From positions 2,446-66,445 of the forward strand of contig SICL01000005.1 of the NCBI GenBank assembly GCA_009691445.1: 64,000 nt of DNA. Direction: 5' to 3'. The position numbers and the translations under genes are program-made. Below are positions 39,119-48,713 of this stretch, piece by piece (position 1 is the first letter of the stretch; each line of letters begins with the position of its first letter). This DNA comes from Candidatus Taenariivivens baikalensis. GTDB lineage: Bacteria; Omnitrophota; Omnitrophia; Omnitrophales; Aquincolibacteriaceae. The notes under the pieces were generated by a model. That model had not been told where the DNA came from and did not search any database. It saw nothing but the letters and a program-made list of their open reading frames with translations.

Positions 39119-39454
39119 GTGGGCGAAGAAATTTATCAGCTGGTTTATTATGAAGATCCCGGTGGAAAGAAGCCCTACCGCGAATGGTTTGAAGCTTTAA
39201 GAGATGTCAAAGCTCAGGCGGTCATTGATGCGCGTTTGGGACGTCTGCGTTTAGGGAATTTCGGAAAATGCGAGCCGGTTGGCCACGGAGTTTACGAATT
39301 GAAGATTTATTACGGCCCCGGCTACCGGGTTTATTTTTCGAGAGCCGGAAATCAGATTCTTCTTCTTTTATGCGGAGGAGACAAATCACGCCAATCCGAA
39401 GATATTCATAAGGCTCAAACGCACTGGCTGCAGTATAAAGGACCGAGATCATGA
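39119..39454 (+). CDS. RelE/ParE-superfamily toxin (HigB-like addiction-module killer protein).
   Basis: 111 aa. The start is GTG. It matches the killer-protein family (YYEDPGGKKPYREWF...RLGNFGKCEPVGHGVYELKIYYGPGYRVYF). Overlaps the downstream antidote by 4 nt. Confidence 0.75.
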   Translation: MGEEIYQLVYYEDPGGKKPYREWFEALRDVKAQAVIDARLGRLRLGNFGKCEPVGHGVYELKIYYGPGYRVYFSRAGNQILLLLCGGDKSRQSEDIHKAQTHWLQYKGPRS

Positions 39455-39768
39455 AAGAAAAAAAGAATGGAAACTACAAACAAGATTTGATGAAGCGCCT
39501 GCAAAACGCAGAATTTGCTGAAACCTATTTAAACGCGGCTTTTGAAGACGAAGATAAACATGTCTTTTTACTTGCGCTCCGGGATGTGACGGAGGCTCGG
39601 GGCGGAATGGGAAGGATTGCGCGGCTTACCGACATTAGCCGCGAGCATATTTACCGGATGCTTTCAGAAAAAGGAAATCCGGAGCTGGAAACTCTCAAGA
39701 AATTGCTGAGTGCCTTGAATCTCAAGATTTCGATTTCCACAAAAGACCAGGATCGTAAAGCGGCTTAA
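39451..39768 (+). CDS. HigA-like addiction-module antidote protein (HTH).
   Basis: 105 aa. AETYLNAAFEDED...LLALRDVTEARGGMGRIARLTDISREHIYRMLSEKGNPELETLKKLLSALNL is the antidote-protein family signature. Confidence 0.75.
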   Translation: MKEKKNGNYKQDLMKRLQNAEFAETYLNAAFEDEDKHVFLLALRDVTEARGGMGRIARLTDISREHIYRMLSEKGNPELETLKKLLSALNLKISISTKDQDRKAA

Positions 39769-39801
39769 ACGAATAAATGGAACTAGCCTTTTCGAAGGGA
39801 A

Positions 39802-40017
39802 GTGTGGTTTAATAGATTTATGAAGGAATTCCTGGTTGGACTTTTAATGCTGTTCGTGTTTTCGGTCTTGTCGCTGCTTGGATTTCTGCTGGTGCCTTTA
39901 CTCCTTGTGCTGGGCCTGTTCCTGCGATTGATCTTGTCCTTTATCCTGATTCTTTTCGCGGTTTGGCTCATCGGCAAGGCCACGCTGATGTCGATCGAAA
40001 TCATGAGAAATAAATAG
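39802..40017 (+). CDS. Small hydrophobic protein (two TM helices) immediately upstream of cstA.
   Basis: 71 aa with two long hydrophobic stretches. It ends 17 nt before the cstA start. Confidence 0.3.
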   Translation: MWFNRFMKEFLVGLLMLFVFSVLSLLGFLLVPLLLVLGLFLRLILSFILILFAVWLIGKATLMSIEIMRNK

Positions 40018-40034
40018 GGCTCTAAGCCGCTTTT

Positions 40035-41837
40035 ATGCCGGCACTTCCTCTGGTTATTTTTACCCTTTGCGCGTTTGTCATCGGCTACCGCTATTACAGC
40101 GCCTTTCTTGCCGCCAAAGTCTTTGTCCTCGACGCCGGGCGCGTGACACCGGCCCACACTCACCGCGATAATCAAAACTATTATCCGATGTCAAAATGGG
40201 TCCTCTTCGGTCATCACTTTGCCGCGATTTCTGGCGCGGGTCCGCTCATTGGTCCGGTGCTTGCCGCGCAATTTGGTTATCTTCCCGGACTTCTCTGGAT
40301 TGTGATCGGCGTGGTGCTCGGGGGTGCGGTGCAGGATTTTGTGATCCTTGTTGCATCGACCCGGCGGGAAGGAAAATCCCTGGCAGAAATTGCCAAAGCC
40401 GAGATCGGTCCCGTAGCCGGAATTGCCTGCGCTATTGCGATTGTGTTCATTGTGATCGTGGCCCTTGCCGGGCTTGGGTTTGTGCTTGTGAACGCGCTGG
40501 CGGAAAGTTCCTGGGGCGTGTTTACGATTGCGGCCAGTATTCCGATTGCCATGCTGATGGGCCTCTACGTCTTTGCCTGGAATCAGGGGAGCCATAAAGC
40601 CACCAAGCAAGCCACCGTCGTGGGAGTGATCCTTCTTTTTCTGGCCGTGGTTTTGGGAAAATGGGTTCCGGAAATTCCCTGGCTGAATTCTATTTTTCTT
40701 TTAGACCGCCAGAAAATTATTATTGCGATCGCGGTTTACGGATTTTTCGCTTCGGTCCTTCCAGTCTGGCTGCTGCTTGCGCCGCGCGATTACCTCAGCT
40801 CTTATATGAAGCTCGGAACCATTTTTGTATTGATTGCAGGCATTATCTTTGTCAATCCAACGCTTCATTTTCCGGCACTGACTCCGTTTATCCACGGTGG
40901 CGGCCCGATTGTTCCCGGCAAAGTCTGGCCGTTTTGTTTTATCACGATCATGTGCGGCGCGGTTTCCGGATTTCACGCCCTCGTTTCTTCGGGAACAACT
41001 CCCAAAATGATTTCGAGTGAATGTCACGCGCGTTCAATCGGATACGGCTGTATGCTGCTTGAAGCCTTGGTGGCCGTGGTTTGTCTTGTGGCCGCGTCGT
41101 CAATGCACCCGGGAGATTATTACGCGATCAATGTTTCGCCGGAAACTTACTCGCATCTGGTTCAAACACTTGGGATTCATCCGGTCAATCTGGATTGGCT
41201 GACGAAAGAAGTGGGAGAGAAAAGTTTGGTCGGAAGAACCGGCGGTGCCGTGTCACTCGCAGTGGGAATGGCCCAGATTTTCAGTGCGCTTCCTTTTTTG
41301 AGCGGCTTTATGAAATACTGGTATCACTTCGCGATTATGTTCGAGGCGCTTTTTATTCTGACCACGATTGATGCCGGAACGCGCATTGCCCGTTTTATCC
41401 TTCAGGAACTTCTCGGAAATGTTTACGCGCCTTTTAAGCGTCCCGACTGGATACCCGGCAATCTCCTGGCCAGCTTTCTTGTGGTTTTCGGATGGGCGTA
41501 TCTGATCTGGAACGCGAGCATCAGTACGATCTGGCCGATGTTCGGAATCGCCAATCAGCTTTTGGCCGCCATTGCTCTTGCGATCGGAAGCGTGATTTTA
41601 GTTCAGATGAAGAAGGGGAGATATATCTGGGTCACGCTTGTTCCCATGATTTTCGTGACAGTCACCACGTTCGCGGCCGCTTATCAGATGATCGCTCATC
41701 ATTACTGGCCCAAAACCGCAACGCCCTTGATCATTTCCTTGAATATCGCGCTTATCATCATTATAAGCGTTTGCACCGTGATCATTTTCATCAGTGCCTT
41801 CCAAAAATGCCGGGGAGCCAGGGACAGGTCTCATTGA
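40035..41837 (+). CDS. cstA: Carbon starvation protein A (peptide/pyruvate transporter, CstA family).
   Basis: 600 aa polytopic. N-terminus [39 protein letters not shown] is diagnostic for CstA. Confidence 0.9.
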   Translation: MPALPLVIFTLCAFVIGYRYYSAFLAAKVFVLDAGRVTPAHTHRDNQNYYPMSKWVLFGHHFAAISGAGPLIGPVLAAQFGYLPGLLWIVIGVVLGGAVQDFVILVASTRREGKSLAEIAKAEIGPVAGIACAIAIVFIVIVALAGLGFVLVNALAESSWGVFTIAASIPIAMLMGLYVFAWNQGSHKATKQATVVGVILLFLAVVLGKWVPEIPWLNSIFLLDRQKIIIAIAVYGFFASVLPVWLLLAPRDYLSSYMKLGTIFVLIAGIIFVNPTLHFPALTPFIHGGGPIVPGKVWPFCFITIMCGAVSGFHALVSSGTTPKMISSECHARSIGYGCMLLEALVAVVCLVAASSMHPGDYYAINVSPETYSHLVQTLGIHPVNLDWLTKEVGEKSLVGRTGGAVSLAVGMAQIFSALPFLSGFMKYWYHFAIMFEALFILTTIDAGTRIARFILQELLGNVYAPFKRPDWIPGNLLASFLVVFGWAYLIWNASISTIWPMFGIANQLLAAIALAIGSVILVQMKKGRYIWVTLVPMIFVTVTTFAAAYQMIAHHYWPKTATPLIISLNIALIIIISVCTVIIFISAFQKCRGARDRSH

Positions 41838-41916
41838 AGCCGTGGTATTTGATGAAGCGATTAAATCTGTTCAACAAAATTAGGTAAGTACAAATTTCTC
41901 AATGAGACCTGTCCCT
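41820..41916. repeat. Family-3 hairpin (AGGGACAGGTCTCATTG ... CAATGAGACCTGTCCCT).
   Basis: Perfect 17-nt inverted repeat. The left arm contains the cstA stop codon (TGA 41835-41837). The right arm contains the ATG of ORF 41902. Confidence 0.75.
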
Positions 41917-42150
41917 GACTGCCACTGCAAAACCACTCAAATGCTTTCTAATGAGGCAGCCGTTGAGATGGCGGAAAAACAGCTCATCAAGATCAAGGAT
42001 TTTCCAGACGCGTGGAAAATGCTGTATCAATGTTCCGCCTGTCTTCAATATTGGGAGCTTTCCTATCCCGCAGCAGGGGATGTGTGCTGCGTGGAGCCTG
42101 AGCTTTGCAAGTTAAGCCTTGAAACTGCCAAAGCGGACTACCATCTTTAA
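41902..42150 (+). CDS. Small Cys-rich hypothetical protein.
   Basis: 82 aa with CHC...CSAC...CC...C. The first codons (MRPVPD) come from the repeat arm. The real start may be the internal Met (MLSNEAAV). Confidence 0.3.
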   Translation: MRPVPDCHCKTTQMLSNEAAVEMAEKQLIKIKDFPDAWKMLYQCSACLQYWELSYPAAGDVCCVEPELCKLSLETAKADYHL

Positions 42151-42172
42151 AGTTCGTTGCACATTTATTGTT

Positions 42173-42365
42173 GTCATTGCGAGCGACCGTAGGGAGCTCC
42201 GCCGAAGGACGGATCAGTCCTCTGGCTGAGAAGCAATCTCGGGTCTATGCTCCGGGATTGCCGCGCCCGCCTGCCGGCGAGGCAGGTCTCCGCCAAGGCG
42301 CGGGACTCGTCCGCCGAAGGACGGATCCGTCCTCTGGCGGACAATGACAAACCCAACGCAATGAC
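42173..42365. repeat. Family-1 compound repeat (two units sharing a CCGCCGAAGGACGGATCCGTCCTCTGGCGG palindrome).
   Basis: GTCATTGCGAGCGACC...GAAGCAATCTCGGGT...GGGATTGCCGCGCCCGCCTGCCGGCGAGGCAGGTCTCCGCC...GGACAATGACAA...GCAATGAC. Confidence 0.8.
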
Positions 42366-42429
42366 ACACTTACTATTTTTTAAAAAATCCTCAAAATTTT
42401 GAATATTCCGTTGAAGTTGTGAATTTTTT

Positions 42430-42915
42430 TTGTCGATGACTAAACGAAAACGGAGTGACAGAGGAATGCGGCGAACGATTTCATTGATCTTGATTCTTTT
42501 CTTGGGCTGGATCGGCTATCTTTTTGCGGGCCGGGATGAAGGAATGGCTCCTGCCGATGGTTTTTTTCTCCCCAAAGGGAGTGCCGAAGACGGGCGCAAG
42601 GCCTTTAACCACTTAAAGTGCAGTGCCTGCCACTGGGCAGCCAATGATATGCAGGTTCCCGATCCTATCACCGCCAAAGCCGGTCCTATGCTGGGGCCGA
42701 AACAGGCGGCTTATGCCCCGGGCTGGATTGCCAACTCGATTGTTTCTCCCTCGCATACCATTGCCCGCAATTCCGAGCCGGGCAAGACCGAGGGGGGAGA
42801 GCTTTCGCGCATGCCTGATTTTTCTCAAACCATGACCGTCCGCGAACTGATTGACCTTATTGCTTATATTCAGTCCCTGAAACAAGCTCAGCCTGCTAAA
42901 GTCCCGCCTCAATAA
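42430..42915 (+). CDS. Membrane-anchored c-type cytochrome (class I).
   Basis: N-terminal TM anchor, haem-binding CSACH, and a distal Met region (ELSRMPDF). Confidence 0.7.
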   Translation: MSMTKRKRSDRGMRRTISLILILFLGWIGYLFAGRDEGMAPADGFFLPKGSAEDGRKAFNHLKCSACHWAANDMQVPDPITAKAGPMLGPKQAAYAPGWIANSIVSPSHTIARNSEPGKTEGGELSRMPDFSQTMTVRELIDLIAYIQSLKQAQPAKVPPQ

Positions 42916-42917
42916 CA

Positions 42918-42955
42918 CAGACCCATCACTCAACCTAAATTAAGCGATGGGTCTG
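42918..42955 (+). terminator. Hairpin after the cytochrome gene, with no T-run.
   Basis: 10-bp stem CAGACCCATC / GATGGGTCTG with an 18-nt loop. Confidence 0.3.
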
Positions 42956-43195
42956 CGTAATCAATAAGGTTGGATCAATTCAATTTCATTTTTTTATCGT
43001 CGGTTTCCCATTTTTATCGTAATTCACGGTCTGTGTGAGAATATTGTTGATGAGGGTCTCACGCGTGCTCAATTGACCACCGGGGCCACTATATTCCTCA
43101 AGCTAAGAAGACTTGACCGGCACGATTGGTTTCGATATTATTCCACGCATAAAGTCTGTTCCAATACCTCACCCCAATGAATGGAGTTCTGACTC

Positions 43196-43678
43196 ATGAA
43201 GCGTGATAGCAACCGTGCCTGCTTTGCTCTTTTTTTTGGATTTTTCCTTTTGGGCGCCGTTCGCCTTTACGCCGCTCCGCCTCCTTTTCAATCTGGGATG
43301 CCTCCGATTAAGGAATCCAGGGCTTATAAGACATTTTTAATGCGTCCTTATTCGGAACTTTCAAAAATTGTTTTTCTCACGGACCGTTTTAAGGAGGCAA
43401 AGATCAAGGTGATCTATGACGGCCTCCATTTTGAGCCGGAATTTGCCGTGCGCATTGCTAAGTGGTTTCTTTCCCAGCATTACCGGAAGGAGAGCGCTAA
43501 GGAATGGATTATGGTGTACTGTAACCAATCGCTTTTTGAACACCAGCTGATCTGGGCGATGGATAAAAAAGGAGACTTCAAGCTTTCCCGTGAGGTTTTG
43601 ATGACGGAACTTAAAGCGCTTGAAGAAACCTGTGAGCAGGACTTGAACTGCAAAGGGAAAAAGAAGCCGAGTGCCTAG
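43196..43678 (+). CDS. Secreted hypothetical protein.
   Basis: Signal peptide (ACFALFFGFFLLGAVRLYAA). 160 aa. No confident family assignment. Confidence 0.45.
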   Translation: MKRDSNRACFALFFGFFLLGAVRLYAAPPPFQSGMPPIKESRAYKTFLMRPYSELSKIVFLTDRFKEAKIKVIYDGLHFEPEFAVRIAKWFLSQHYRKESAKEWIMVYCNQSLFEHQLIWAMDKKGDFKLSREVLMTELKALEETCEQDLNCKGKKKPSA

Positions 43679-43702
43679 TACCAGTTTCATCTATCATTTT
43701 CG

Positions 43703-43784
43703 GTCATTGCGAGTCCCGCACCCTGGCGGAGACGCGGCAATCGCTGGGTGTAACCCGAGATTGATTCGCTTTGCTCACAATGAC
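43703..43784. repeat. Family-1 repeat unit.
   Basis: GTCATTGCGAGTCCCGCACCCTGGCGGAGACGCGGCAATCGCTGGGTGTAACCCGAGATTGATTCGCTTTGCTCACAATGAC. Confidence 0.75.
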
Positions 43785-43800
43785 AAATAAACGAGTTGTG

Positions 43801-44547
43801 ATGACTTATGAAACCACTTCCAGTCGGCATCGTTTTCGATTTTTTTCCTGCCTCATGACACTTGCGATAGTTACTTCTGGTTGTCAAACCAAAGTGGATC
43901 CTGCTCCGAACGCGGGATTCATCAACGGGGCGCTCCTCTCCCAAGCCTCGGATCTTCCGTTTCAAAAAGTCTGGAGAAAAAAAGGTGTCAATTTCAGGAG
44001 CTATAAAGAAATTTTCATTTCTCCCGTGAACACCGAGTTCCTCCTTAAAATGAGTTTATGGGAGGAAACCGGAAGGGGAGCAAGGATCAGGCAGGATATC
44101 GGAGAACTTGCCGAGTATGCGCATGATCGTCTTGAGAAGGCGTTCAGGGAAGATGCGAGATACCGGTTTTCAGTGGTGGATACTCCTTCTTCGAAGTCTC
44201 TGGTGCTTGAACTTGCGATTGTCGAGCTGGTTCCTTCAAAAGCCGCGTTGAATGTGGCGGGATTAATTCCTCTCACCGCGATTCCTGCCAGTATTCTGGG
44301 GCTGAGTGCGCGAAGCACGGTGGCTTTTGAGGCCCGGGTGAGGGATGGATATTCCGGAGAAATCCTTGGGCTTTTTGCGGACCGGGTGGGGGCTAAAATT
44401 TCCATTTTTAATGTGAAGAATTATTCGTGGTATAGTCACGCCGAGAGTATTCTTGCGGAGTGGGCTGCGCAATTCGTCGAGGTGCTGGGTAAGGATCGGG
44501 AGACCGTTGTGAAGGGTTCCGGATGGTTTGAGTTGAAACCTTGGTAA
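43801..44547 (+). CDS. DUF3313-type lipoprotein (hypothetical).
   Basis: Lipobox LAIVTSGC after an Arg-rich leader. The C-terminal region resembles DUF3313. The track start at 43771 lies inside the repeat, so the ATG at 43801 is preferred. Confidence 0.5.
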   Translation: MTYETTSSRHRFRFFSCLMTLAIVTSGCQTKVDPAPNAGFINGALLSQASDLPFQKVWRKKGVNFRSYKEIFISPVNTEFLLKMSLWEETGRGARIRQDIGELAEYAHDRLEKAFREDARYRFSVVDTPSSKSLVLELAIVELVPSKAALNVAGLIPLTAIPASILGLSARSTVAFEARVRDGYSGEILGLFADRVGAKISIFNVKNYSWYSHAESILAEWAAQFVEVLGKDRETVVKGSGWFELKPW

Positions 44548-44553
44548 CAAATT

Positions 44554-44659
44554 AATAACCAAGATACAAGAAACAAGTGTCCAAACGGTTTGTCGTTTGC
44601 AGTTTATTTTTTGTAGATTTGGTTATTCTTTGGTTCTTGTAACTTGTTTCTTGGTTATT
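44554..44659. repeat. Family-2 palindromic repeat.
   Basis: AATAACCAAGATACAAGAAACAAG ... CTTGTTTCTTGGTTATT. Confidence 0.75.
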
Positions 44660-44671
44660 TAGGAATTGTAT

Positions 44672-45262
44672 ATGAAAATTGTTTGTCTTGATCTTGAAGG
44701 TGTACTGGTTCCGGAAATATGGATTGAGGTTTCCAAGCGCTTCCGCCTTGAATCTCTGCGTCTGACGACCCGCGATATGCCGGACTATGACAAGCTGATG
44801 AAGTACCGCCTGAACATCCTGCGCAAAGAAAAGATCCGTCTCAAAGATATCCAGAAAGTCATTGCTGGAATCCAGCCTTTGGCCGGAGCCAAAAAATTTC
44901 TGGATGAGCTTCGGGCAAAAAGTTCGGTCATGATTCTTTCGGATACTTATTATGAGTTCGCCGGACCCTTAATGCGCAAGCTCGGCCAGCCGAGTTTGTT
45001 TTGCAACTGGCTTGAGACGGACAAGGCGGGTTATATTTCTAATTATATTTTGCGGCAAAAGGACGGTAAGACCAAGGCGGTCAAGGCGCTTCAGAGTCTG
45101 CACTTCAAGGTTTATGCGAGCGGCGATTCTTACAATGATCTTGGGATGCTTCAGGCTGCCGACCGGGGAGTTTTGTTTAATCCACCGGAATCGATTGTGA
45201 AAAAGTTCCCTAAAATTCCCGTCACGAAAAATTACCGGGACTTGCTTAAGAAGCTCTCCTAA
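44672..45262 (+). CDS. thrH: Phosphoserine phosphatase / homoserine phosphotransferase ThrH (HAD family).
   Basis: MKIVCLDLEGVLVPEIWI...TTRDMPDYDKLMKYRL...SDTYYEF...AGDSYNDLGML is near-colinear with Pseudomonas ThrH. ATG at 44672. Confidence 0.85.
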   Translation: MKIVCLDLEGVLVPEIWIEVSKRFRLESLRLTTRDMPDYDKLMKYRLNILRKEKIRLKDIQKVIAGIQPLAGAKKFLDELRAKSSVMILSDTYYEFAGPLMRKLGQPSLFCNWLETDKAGYISNYILRQKDGKTKAVKALQSLHFKVYASGDSYNDLGMLQAADRGVLFNPPESIVKKFPKIPVTKNYRDLLKKLS

Positions 45263-45267
45263 CGCTT

Positions 45268-45517
45268 GTCATTGCGGACCTTTGCTGTCATTGAGGTCCT
45301 TTGGCTGTCATTGCGAGGAGCGATTTTTGCGACGAAGCAATCTCGGTTTGTGCACCGGGATTGCCGCGTCTCCGCCCAAGCGCGGGACTCGCAATGACAA
45401 AAAAAAACTACGCTATTACGAGCCCTTTCCCTTGGTGTCATTGCGAGCGGAGCGAAGCAATCTCGGGTTATGCTCCGGTTTGCCACGTCTCCGCCAAAGC
45501 GCGGGACTCGTAATGAC
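45268..45517. repeat. Family-1 repeat, tandem array of about 3 units.
   Basis: GTCATTGCGG..GTCATTGAGG..GTCATTGCGAGGAGCG...CTCGCAATGAC...GTCATTGCGAGCGGAGCGAAGCAATCTCGGGTTATGCTCCGGTTTGCCACGTCTCCGCC...CTCGTAATGAC. Confidence 0.8.
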
Positions 45518-45521
45518 GGAT

Positions 45522-46802
45522 TTAAGCCTTCTTAAACTGCTCCGCCTCCGTCGATCCCTTCATACTAAACGTCGATGATTGCCCGCCCGTGGCGATTTGA
45601 GTCACGGCATCAAAATAGCCGGTTCCCACAAATTCCTGATGCTTCACGGCTTCATAGCCCAGCTTTTCTGCGGCAAATTCCTCTTCCTGCAGTTCGGAAT
45701 AGGCGGCCATTCCTTTGGTTTTGTAATCCTTGGCCAGCATAAACATACTGTAATTGAGCACGTGAAATCCGGATAAAGTCACGAACTGGAATTTGTATCC
45801 CATCTTTCCCAGCTGTTCCTGAAACGTTTCGATGGATTTCTCGTCCAGATTCGATTTCCAGTTAAAGGACGGCGAGCAGTTATAGGCAAGAAGTTTTCCT
45901 GGGAATTTTTTATGGATGGCTTCCGCGAAAGTTTTGGCCTGTTGCAGATTGGGTTTGGAAGTTTCAAACCAGAGCAGATCCGCGTAAGGTGCGTACGCAA
46001 GTCCGCGGCTGATGGCTTGATCCAGTCCGGCTTTGACCTGATAAAATCCTTCATGCGTCCGGGTTCCATAGATAAAGGGCTGATCATAAGGATCCACGTC
46101 GCTGGTCAGAAGGGAAGCGCTGTCCGCATCCGTACGTGCGATCAACATTGTATCGACGCCGCAGACATCCGCGGCTAAACGCGCTGCAATTAACTTGGTG
46201 ATAAATTCCTGGGTCGGAACCAAAACTTTTCCTCCAAGATGCCCGCATTTTTTCACCGAGGCTAGCTGATCTTCAAAGTGAACGCCCGAGGCTCCTTCTT
46301 CGATCATCATCTTCATGATTTCAAACGCGTGAAGCGGTCCACCGAATCCGGCTTCGGCATCGGCCACAAGCGGCGCAAGCCAGTGAATGCTGTGGTCATC
46401 CTTGAGATGATGGATCTGATCTGTGCGCATCAGGGAATTATTGATCCGCTTGATCAGATAGGGGACGCTGTCGGACGGATAAAGACTTTGATCCGGATAC
46501 ATGCGCAGGGAATTATTCATGTCGGCCGCAACCTGCCAGCCGCTGACATAAATGGCTTTGAGTCCGGCCTTGACCTGCTGAATGGCTTGATTGCCCGTGA
46601 CCGCGCTTAGAACATGAACATAGGACTCATCATTCAGGAGCTGCCAGAGACGTTTGGCGCCGGCTTTGGCAATGGAGTATTCCCGGTGAATGGTGCCGCG
46701 AAGACGAAACACGTCCTCCGGTTTATAGGTACGCGTCACGCCTTTCCAGCGCGCCGAAGTTTTCCATTCCTGTCCAAGCTTTACGGTTTCGTTTAGATCC
46801 AT
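45522..46802 (-). CDS. aceA: Isocitrate lyase.
   Basis: Active-site KKCGHLGGK, plus [11 protein letters not shown] and ARTDA. 426 aa. Confidence 0.92.
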   Translation of the reverse strand: MDLNETVKLGQEWKTSARWKGVTRTYKPEDVFRLRGTIHREYSIAKAGAKRLWQLLNDESYVHVLSAVTGNQAIQQVKAGLKAIYVSGWQVAADMNNSLRMYPDQSLYPSDSVPYLIKRINNSLMRTDQIHHLKDDHSIHWLAPLVADAEAGFGGPLHAFEIMKMMIEEGASGVHFEDQLASVKKCGHLGGKVLVPTQEFITKLIAARLAADVCGVDTMLIARTDADSASLLTSDVDPYDQPFIYGTRTHEGFYQVKAGLDQAISRGLAYAPYADLLWFETSKPNLQQAKTFAEAIHKKFPGKLLAYNCSPSFNWKSNLDEKSIETFQEQLGKMGYKFQFVTLSGFHVLNYSMFMLAKDYKTKGMAAYSELQEEEFAAEKLGYEAVKHQEFVGTGYFDAVTQIATGGQSSTFSMKGSTEAEQFKKA

Positions 46803-46827
46803 AAAATCTCCTTTTGAATTTTAGGCT

Positions 46828-47049
46828 GTCATTGCCCGCCAGAGGACGGATCCGTCCTTCGGCGGACGAGTCCCGCGCTTTGGCGGAGACGCGGCAATCT
46901 GACACGAAGTGTCATCCTGAACGAAGTGAAGGATCTCAGGATAAACTCCGCGACGGATCTCATTCCGAGATTCTTCACTTCGTTCAGAATGACAAAAAAC
47001 GTCAGATTGCTTCCTGCCTACCGGCAGGCAGGCGCTCCGCTCGCAATGA
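46828..47049. repeat. Family-1 compound repeat between aceB and aceA.
   Basis: GTCATTGCCCGCCAGAGGACGGATCCGTCCTTCGGCGG...GGCGGAGACGCGGCAATCT...CTCAGGATAAACTCCGCGA...GGCAGGCAGGCGCTCCGCTCGCAATGAC. Confidence 0.8.
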
Positions 47050-47058
47050 CAATGATTG

Positions 47059-48636
47059 TTAATCCAGATAATCGTAAGCAATGAGGGTTAAAAATTCTGG
47101 AAATTCTTTTTTCGTACTCATCGTTTCAAAAAGCTGGGAAGCGCGGGGGAACTGGCCCTTGTCAAAAACTTCTGGCCCGACAAGTGTCCGGATTTTTTCC
47201 AGCTCTTCCTGAATTAATTTCTTCAGAAGTTCCGGCGTAATTTCAAGCCATTCCCGGGTGACCGATTTGTGATGAATCCATTGCCAGACCTGGGAGCGTG
47301 AAATTTCAGCGGTCGCCGCGTCTTCCATCAGATTGTAAATGGGAACGCATCCCACGCCGCGCAGCCACGCTTCCAAATAAAGAATGCCGATATTCACATT
47401 CAATCGCAACCCTTTGTCCGTGACCGAACCTTCCGGCATCCGCAGGAGATCCTTGGCCGTGATTCGCACATCTTCCCGCAGGACATTCAGCTGATTTGCG
47501 GCAGGCATATGCTCGTCAAAGATTTCTTTAGCGATCGGAATCAAACCGGGATGAGCAACCCAGGTTCCGTCGTGACCGGCTTTCACTTCGCGGAGTTTGT
47601 CCGCCCCGACTTTTTCCATAGCCGCTTTGTTGGCGGCCGGATCAGATTTGATGGGGATCTGCGCGGCCATGCCTCCCATCGCGTGAATTCCGCGGCGATG
47701 GCAGGTCTGGATCAAAAGCTCCACATAAGCTTTGAGAAACGCATTGTCCATCGTGACCTCGGCGCGGTCGGGAAGGACAAAATTTTTATGATTCCGGAAT
47801 TTTTTGATGAAGCTGAAAATATAATCCCAGCGTCCGCAATTGAGTCCGGCCGAGTGATCGCGTAGTTCGTAAAGGATCTCATCCATCTCAAAGGCCGCAA
47901 GAATTGTTTCAATCAGGACCGTGGCGCGAATCGTTCCCGTTGGAATCCCAAGTTCAGTTTGAGAAAAATTAAACACATCATTCCAGAGCCGGGCCTCAAG
48001 ATGGCTTTCCATTTTCGGGAGATAAAAGTAAGGACCTGTACCTTGACTGATCAGTGTTTTGGCATTGTGGAAAAAGAAAAGCCCAAAATCAAAAAGCGAA
48101 GCGGAGATAGGATGTCCGTCGACAAGCAGATGTTTCTCCGATAAATGCCAGCCCCGGGGCCGCACCATCAAAGTAGCGATTTTTGGATTCAGGGCGTAGT
48201 GCTTTCCTTCCGGCGAATTAAAATCAATTTTCCGGTGAACGGCATTGCGTAAATTAATCTGCCCCTCCAGATTATTTTTCCAGGTCGGGGCATTCGAGTC
48301 TTCAAAGTCAGCCATAAAGACACAGGCACCGGAATTGAGGGCATTGACGATCATTTTTCGGTCCACCGGCCCGGTGATTTCAATGCGCCGGTCTTGAAGG
48401 TCATCAGGAATGGGCGCCACTTTCCAGCTGTCCTTACGGATCTTTTGTGTTTCCGGAAGAAAATCTGGAAGCTTTCCCTGATCAAGCTCCGCTTGACGAG
48501 TCTCGCGGTTCTTGAGAAGTGTCTGCCGCGTGGGTTCGAATTGCCGGGCAAGTTTGAGGAGAAAGGCAAGCGATGAGGGCGTCAGGATTTCCTGATGTTG
48601 AAAATTTAAGGAGTCGCGGACTTCAATATCTGTCAT
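47059..48636 (-). CDS. aceB: Malate synthase A.
   Basis: 525 aa. ...[11 protein letters not shown]... and [12 protein letters not shown] are catalytic-region motifs of malate synthase A. Confidence 0.92.
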   Translation of the reverse strand: MTDIEVRDSLNFQHQEILTPSSLAFLLKLARQFEPTRQTLLKNRETRQAELDQGKLPDFLPETQKIRKDSWKVAPIPDDLQDRRIEITGPVDRKMIVNALNSGACVFMADFEDSNAPTWKNNLEGQINLRNAVHRKIDFNSPEGKHYALNPKIATLMVRPRGWHLSEKHLLVDGHPISASLFDFGLFFFHNAKTLISQGTGPYFYLPKMESHLEARLWNDVFNFSQTELGIPTGTIRATVLIETILAAFEMDEILYELRDHSAGLNCGRWDYIFSFIKKFRNHKNFVLPDRAEVTMDNAFLKAYVELLIQTCHRRGIHAMGGMAAQIPIKSDPAANKAAMEKVGADKLREVKAGHDGTWVAHPGLIPIAKEIFDEHMPAANQLNVLREDVRITAKDLLRMPEGSVTDKGLRLNVNIGILYLEAWLRGVGCVPIYNLMEDAATAEISRSQVWQWIHHKSVTREWLEITPELLKKLIQEELEKIRTLVGPEVFDKGQFPRASQLFETMSTKKEFPEFLTLIAYDYLD

Positions 48637-48665
48637 TTTGAAACCTTTCTTATGTATAGGGTTGA

Positions 48666-48688
48666 CCTTATTTACGATCTAAATAAGG
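48666..48688. promoter_or_regulatory. Perfect 9-5-9 palindrome (CCTTATTTA-CGATC-TAAATAAGG) in the divergent aceB / liv promoter region. Candidate operator.
   Basis: It sits 30 nt upstream of the aceB start codon and 25 nt upstream of the livJ-like ATG, next to a TTGACC hexamer at 48662. Confidence 0.35.
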
Positions 48689-48713
48689 GTTTTATTGATT
48701 TTTATTTCATATC

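Noticed and set aside
45282-45578. ORFs 45282..45578(+), 45301..45513(+), 46814..47062(+), 46821..47081(-) and 46723..46905(-), translating to peptides like ...HCEERSDEAIS... / ...SLAMT...
   Set aside because: They lie entirely within the family-1 palindromic repeats. Palindromes give open frames on both strands by construction. There is no RBS, and the same 'protein' recurs wherever the repeat occurs.
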